Shown: in pieces, positions 58,842 through 64,000 of the stretch
Layout of the letters: each line of letters starts with the position of its first letter
Numbering within the stretch: the first letter of the stretch is position 1
Assembly (NCBI GenBank): GCA_020891255.1
Contig: BQFW01000002.1
Location: 1,860,001-1,924,000, forward strand
Source: Entomortierella parvispora E1425
Lineage: Eukaryota; Fungi; Mortierellomycota
DNA length: 64,000 nt
Direction of reading: 5' to 3'
Position numbers and translations under genes: made by a program
The notes under the pieces: generated by a model
Databases searched by the model: none
What the model was told of the DNA's origin: nothing
The model's input: the letters and a program-made list of their open reading frames with translations, nothing else

Positions 58842-60532
58842 ATGTCATCTCTACAGCAGCCTACTTCAACAGCAACAGGTGCCTCCAGCGCCTTGGACGC
58901 AGACTCGGTCCTCACTCTTCTCCAGAGTCTGCTCCCCGCAGCACAAGCACAGCAAGACCCAGACTCGACCTCTTCATCCGATACGCGCACTTCAGAACCA
59001 ACCGTCTTCCTCAGTTCGCCTTATGAGGGCTTGGCATCCCTGTCTCACGCCATCATGACCGCTGTCGGTTTCAGACTTGTTGGTCTTGGCGAAGACGATT
59101 CCCTGGAGAACGACCGGCTGGCGATTGACGGTAATGACGGGAATAGCCAGGGCCAGGTGTTCAAGGGATCAACAGCAGACTTCAGGAGGATGCCCATGCA
59201 ACAAATAGCGGCTAACGTCCTATTGTTTTTGGTTTGAGGTGACTTTAGATCTGTCGCGAGCAAATGTCCTGCCATCGCGATGGAACGCGTCCTCGGAGAG
59301 CTACTCTTTCAGATACACCCACTCGCAATCCTCTCTCACTTATCTGATCAAGTGCATGCGCATTGCAGGCAAATTTGTCATTCATGGAACAGCCATCGAG
59401 GTAAACGAACACACCTCGACGATATTTGTTTAAATCACATCGACGCAAACATTAACTATCAAGGGACCCGGGGGACAACCCAAATAGACAAGCCAAATCT
59501 GCTCGTTGGAGCTTCCCATCAAGGACTATACTTCGCCATCCTACTTTCCCTTCACAACTGCAACCGCCTCGACCAGAGACCCTCTTTGGAACGGATTCAT
59601 TTCAAGGTCAAGGATCAACGATTTGATCAGTGAATACAAAATCAAGATTGTCCAGCAGCTCATCCCAGGTCTGTCTAAACCAGGATATCAGGAAGAACGA
59701 GTCCCCAGTAGCGCAGGCGGAAGCACCACCACTGGAGGATCAGGTTCAAACACCGGAAGGTCAGGCTCGACGACAGGAAGTGGACAAGGACGCGGCTACT
59801 ACCCAGATGACTCTTCCAGATTCCCTGGCGTGGGAGGCGTTCCTCATCCAGGACGGCCTTTTGTGCCGCGACCTCCTATCTTTGGAGACCCATTCTCGGC
59901 TGAGGATCCAGACTTTGGCGGATTCGGAGGAGGTGGCGGACGTAATCCTTTCAATATCGGAGGAAGCGATCTTGATCCCTTTGGAGGTCGTCTTGGTGGA
60001 GGCATTGGCGGTGGGGGAATCGGAGGATTTGGAGGCGGAATTGGTGGTAGCACAGGCGGCGGTATGATTGTGGGACCCAATCACCCCATGTTCCGTCGAC
60101 CTCCTCCTGGCGGTGGTGGTGGAGGCGGAATCTATGGAGGCCCTCAACCCCTGCCTAGAGGATCTGTGCCACCAGGAGCTCGATTTGATCCGATTGGACC
60201 CTTTGGACCTGGAGCAGGCGCTGGATACCGCACCGGCGGCAACGCTCCCGGCGCAGGAACTGCCCATCAGGATCCTCTCCGAGAGCCAGGCCGTCCTGGA
60301 CAAGGGCCTGTAGGACCAGGAGCTGGAGCTGGAACAGGATCAGGAACAGGATCAGGTGCACACCCGTAAGTGTTTACACAATTTCAAACAAACAAACAAC
60401 CTGATACCTGTTACAAACATCCTTACGACGCCCAAATACATTCAATTTCCCAACCTGTTTAGTGATCGATTCTCGGGTGAACCTGACAACGACGAGCCTC
60501 CTCCACCTGGTTATATGGATATGTTCATGTAG
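58842..60532 (+). CDS. PI31 proteasome regulator (PSMF1/Fub1-like)
   Basis: LASLSHAIMTAVGFRLVGLGED, LPSRWNASSESYSFRYTHSQSSLTYLIKC, IGGSDLDPFG, GGMIVGPNHPMF, VPPGARFDPIGP, terminal GEPDNDEPPPPGYMDMFM*. Confidence 0.88.
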
Positions 60533-60653
60533 CTCTTTTTTAATGGGATTGGATTAATAAAACAAAAAAGAAAGGACAATGCGCTAGATTGGGGAAATCT
60601 TCCTAGTTTGTAACTTATAATATGGTAGTATTTTTTTTAGATTGTCAAATCAT

Positions 60654-62151
60654 TTAAAAGAGTCCATGTGCGCCAGCGGCAGCAGCGACCACAGCGCCCA
60701 AGAAGAAGATTGAGAGCTCTGCAGCATGAGCGGCACCACTATGGGCGGAGGAAGTGGAGACAGAGCTGGAGGGATTAGCACTGCTGCCGGTGGTGGTACC
60801 GTTGGAGCCAGGGAGCTTGAGACCGGTGGCGGTGCCGTTCACGCCGACGGCGACGGTACCCTGGATAGGGTACACAAAGGCATCCTCCCAGTAAGGCTGA
60901 GCAATGTTGTTGCAGGAGGTGGCGGGCATGGTCTGGTAGTTCTTTTGGACATAGGGCAACCAGAACTCGGCCAAGGCAATGGTCGAGTTGGAGAGCTCGT
61001 GCTCCAAGCAAATGTGGCCAGTCTTGGTATCGTTGCCCTTCTCGCGGTTTTCGATCCAACCGGCAAAGGTGGCATTGGCGACGGAGTAGGGGGTGTCACC
61101 ACCGGGGGTTTGGTCACCGGGAATGTCCCAGTCGTTGGTGTCCAAATCCCAAATGATGGTGCGCATGCCCATCTGCCAAGCAATGGAACGGACACGGTCA
61201 TCGACATCACCATATGGAGGACGCCAGCAGCGAGGGGTGATACCCAAGACGGTCTTGATCATCTTGAGACAGTAGTAAAACTCGGCAACGACCTCAGCAT
61301 TGGTCAATTGAGTCATGGAGGGGTGGGACCAGGTGTGGCAGCAAATGACGTGACCGTCGTTGAGACCACGCTGAGCGGCATCTGGAGCACCCAAGATGTT
61401 GGAACCAATGTACATGAGGTTGGCCTTTTGGTCGTCGTGCGCCTCCAAGTAATTGTACAAGTTGGGCTCGGCCCACACTGCGTTCTCAGGGGTGGAAGGC
61501 CAGAAGAACAAGGGACCGTCATCGTAGGTCAGACCCCAAGTACCGGGTGTGGGGCAGATGTAGAGGTCTGGGGGGATGTAGTCAATCTTGGGCGTTACAC
61601 AGGTGCTGTAAGTCCTGGTAGAGTGAAAACGAAGATTACGCGTTCAGATCGCGTTCAGATCGGGTTAGTCACAAAAAAAAATATTTTGCTTGGGTCATTC
61701 CGGATAAAGTGCTGAAAATAGGTGCAATCACCAAATGAAGTTTGAAAAACAAAGAACTCAAAACAATGAAAATACGTTACCACCAACAGTAGGGGTCGCT
61801 CGCATTGTAGGTGGTCAACATAGCAGTGGTGGTGACGGGAGCGTCGGGGACTTTGGTCCAGTCAATGTTCGCCATAGCAGCGATAATGTTGGGATCGCTG
61901 GTAGCATTAGTGACGATCTGGTTCTCCTCTGGGAAGCCAGGGAAGCTGTAGTTGGTGAAGAAACCGGTTGTGAGATTGCCGGTAGGGATGGGGGTATTAA
62001 CGGGCCATGATGTGATGACACCGGTGGGTTGGGGGATGCTGTTGAAATAGGTGGGAGAGGCTTGAATGAGGTAGCTAGCAGTGGGGGTCGCAGCTTGAGC
62101 GGTCGTTGCGACAAAAACAGCAGCCAATGCTACAGCTTTGAGGGCCATCAT
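60654..62151 (-). CDS. GPI-anchored chitin deacetylase (CE4/NodB)
   Basis: Signal peptide; DPYCWW|TYSTC...TWGLTYDDGP, CHTWSHPSMT, CWRPPYGDVDDRVR, ICLEHE; Ser/Thr stalk and hydrophobic tail. One intron. Confidence 0.92.
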
Positions 62152-64000
62152 TGAGGGGAGACTATGAGGGTAAAAGAGGTAGGGGAGGGGATGCACGAAC
62201 TGAAGAGAATGAGGTGGACAAAGGAAAAAAAGAAAAAAAAATCAAAAAATCGAGGTGGGCGGCCCTGGGTTTTTGTTTGAAAAAAAAACAATCACCGAGA
62301 GCGGCGGTTGTGCTCTTTTGTTGGTTGTGCCTGTCCAGCTGGACCTGACGAGATCTATTTTAATGTCTAGGGGGAAGCAACAACAGCTGGAAAGAGTTTC
62401 GGCTAACGGGAGCAAGTGGGCACAGGTTTCCTTTTTTCCACTTTAGGTTTTTGGCTTGTATTATCCGAAGAATGATCCGCGTGTAAAAATGGAGAGTTTT
62501 GCCCTACCCTTCATTTTTTTTTTGCTCGTGCGTGCATGCAATCACCGTACACGCACAATACACACGGTCCAGCGATCTGCTTCTGATTGCTTTGCGCCAC
62601 AAACTGTTCTTGGTTTTCTTATTTTTGGCTTGCTTCTGGTGCGACCAAGCCCGGCGGGATCCTCTTTTAGTTTTGTCGTGTGACATGATGACTGCATTGG
62701 GAAGCTGGGTCTACCTTGGCTCTCGCAATGGGAGCCCTAAGAATGCACTAACTTGCCTGTTCTCTTCCCATCAATCTCGGACGTAATGAGCATGACAACA
62801 GGTATGAATAACAAACTGCAAACCCCTTCCTGTGAAAAGCACCTCTTCCGAATCAAAAGAGAGTCGGAGAAACCGTCAAGGAACCTAACTGTCTTCATAT
62901 AGGGGCGGCGTTTCTAACCACCTATTTTCCTTTTGCTGATGAACGCCTATGTTTATTTTAAGGAGGCAGGTGGGAGAGAATCTGGAACCAAACCTTGAGG
63001 ATAGGGAGTACAGTAATCACCCTGTAGATGACGGATGAGAACATAACACAGCCAGGCGAACACGCCCATTAAATCCCAGTAGCGTGGTGAGTGTAACTCT
63101 CCGGGATGTACTACATAATACCGCATAGTTTTTCCGATACCAAGATCAGGCACGTTTTTTGCACTGTGGGGTCGGTACGCGGTACGCGACCTAGTCCTGC
63201 ATTTGAGCCCGAGCCCACTTTGATGGTACTGTATGTACGAACCCGATTTTGCATGGGATGCCGGGGGGGGGGGGGCCACCAAAAGGGGCAGGGCGGGTGG
63301 ACGGCATAGCCACAGTCGTCGCCAACATCAACAACCAAAAAAAAGGTCAGTTTTAGCGGACCAGCTCCTGAACCCGGCAGAACATTACAACTGTATTGCG
63401 CTCATCAGCAATTTTTTCGATCGTTGTACGACTTGATTGTATGTGCGCAGAAAAAAAACAAAAAAAAGTAGGAGACATCGACGTCCCTCCTCTTTTACCT
63501 GTCAACAAAAAATTATTTATGGATATTGTTCTCTGTTGAACCTGGCTCTCTGTTCTGGCCTTCCATCATCACTCTTTTCCCACCCCGTCTGGAGTTCCTT
63601 TGTAAGCGGGTATACCTCTGCTTTGTCAATTAGGAGAAGCAATGACAATGCAGTCCCAGCTCCAGGTGATTTCGTCACTCGCTGATATTCCTCCCTGTGG
63701 TGTAGAATGCAAAAATATCAAAGCCCAGGGCTCATTGCAGTGCCTCAGTCCTCCCCTGCTAAAGTCGCTATTCTTCCGCTGCGTTTTGAGGTGTGGTCTC
63801 TTTCTCTGTAACCTGTTGTCCGAGATTACCCTGAATTACCTTGAATTACCCGTGCCAGGGCATTCAAGCCCCCTGCGCCCTTCCCATGCATGTCTTTACT
63901 CTGATCCTTACCCCCACTCCCATCTCTCCCTTTGACCTGCATGCGCCCTGATTCAATGAGTCATGCTATGATATACCCTTTCTCGATACAGTAGTGTGAG

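Overview
Gene-dense, intron-rich fungal genomic DNA. GT..AG introns, homopolymer-rich spacers and lineage-typical LRR and Sel1 families suggest an early-diverging fungus, most likely Mortierellaceae (inference). About 25 protein-coding loci were reconstructed by eye. In order: POT1-like (-, runs off window start), Num1/Mcp5-like PH protein, GPI-anchored wall protein, PP1 inhibitor-2, WDR83/MORG1, Sec1, RPS30, DJ-1, an orphan, Rho4-like GTPase, a large LRR protein, FAN1, two tandem carboxylesterases (first frameshifted) separated by a 1.25-kb unrelated segment with a 310-aa ORF, GBP2/HRB1-like, TRF4-like, two small secreted proteins, a Sel1-repeat pseudogene, YTP1-like, THR1, ZUO1, NUS1, a WD40 protein, PI31 and a chitin deacetylase. 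No rRNA, tRNA, CRISPR array or recognisable transposase was seen. Best leads: the esterase duplication with patchwork gene conversion and its intercalated orphan ORF; an LRR protein whose central module resembles the Roco C-terminal region; a POT1 that appears to lack OB1; a GBP2-TRF4 head-to-head pair; and a small secreted-protein/Sel1 island. No complete novel system can be established from sequence alone. All family assignments come from motif recognition, not database searches.
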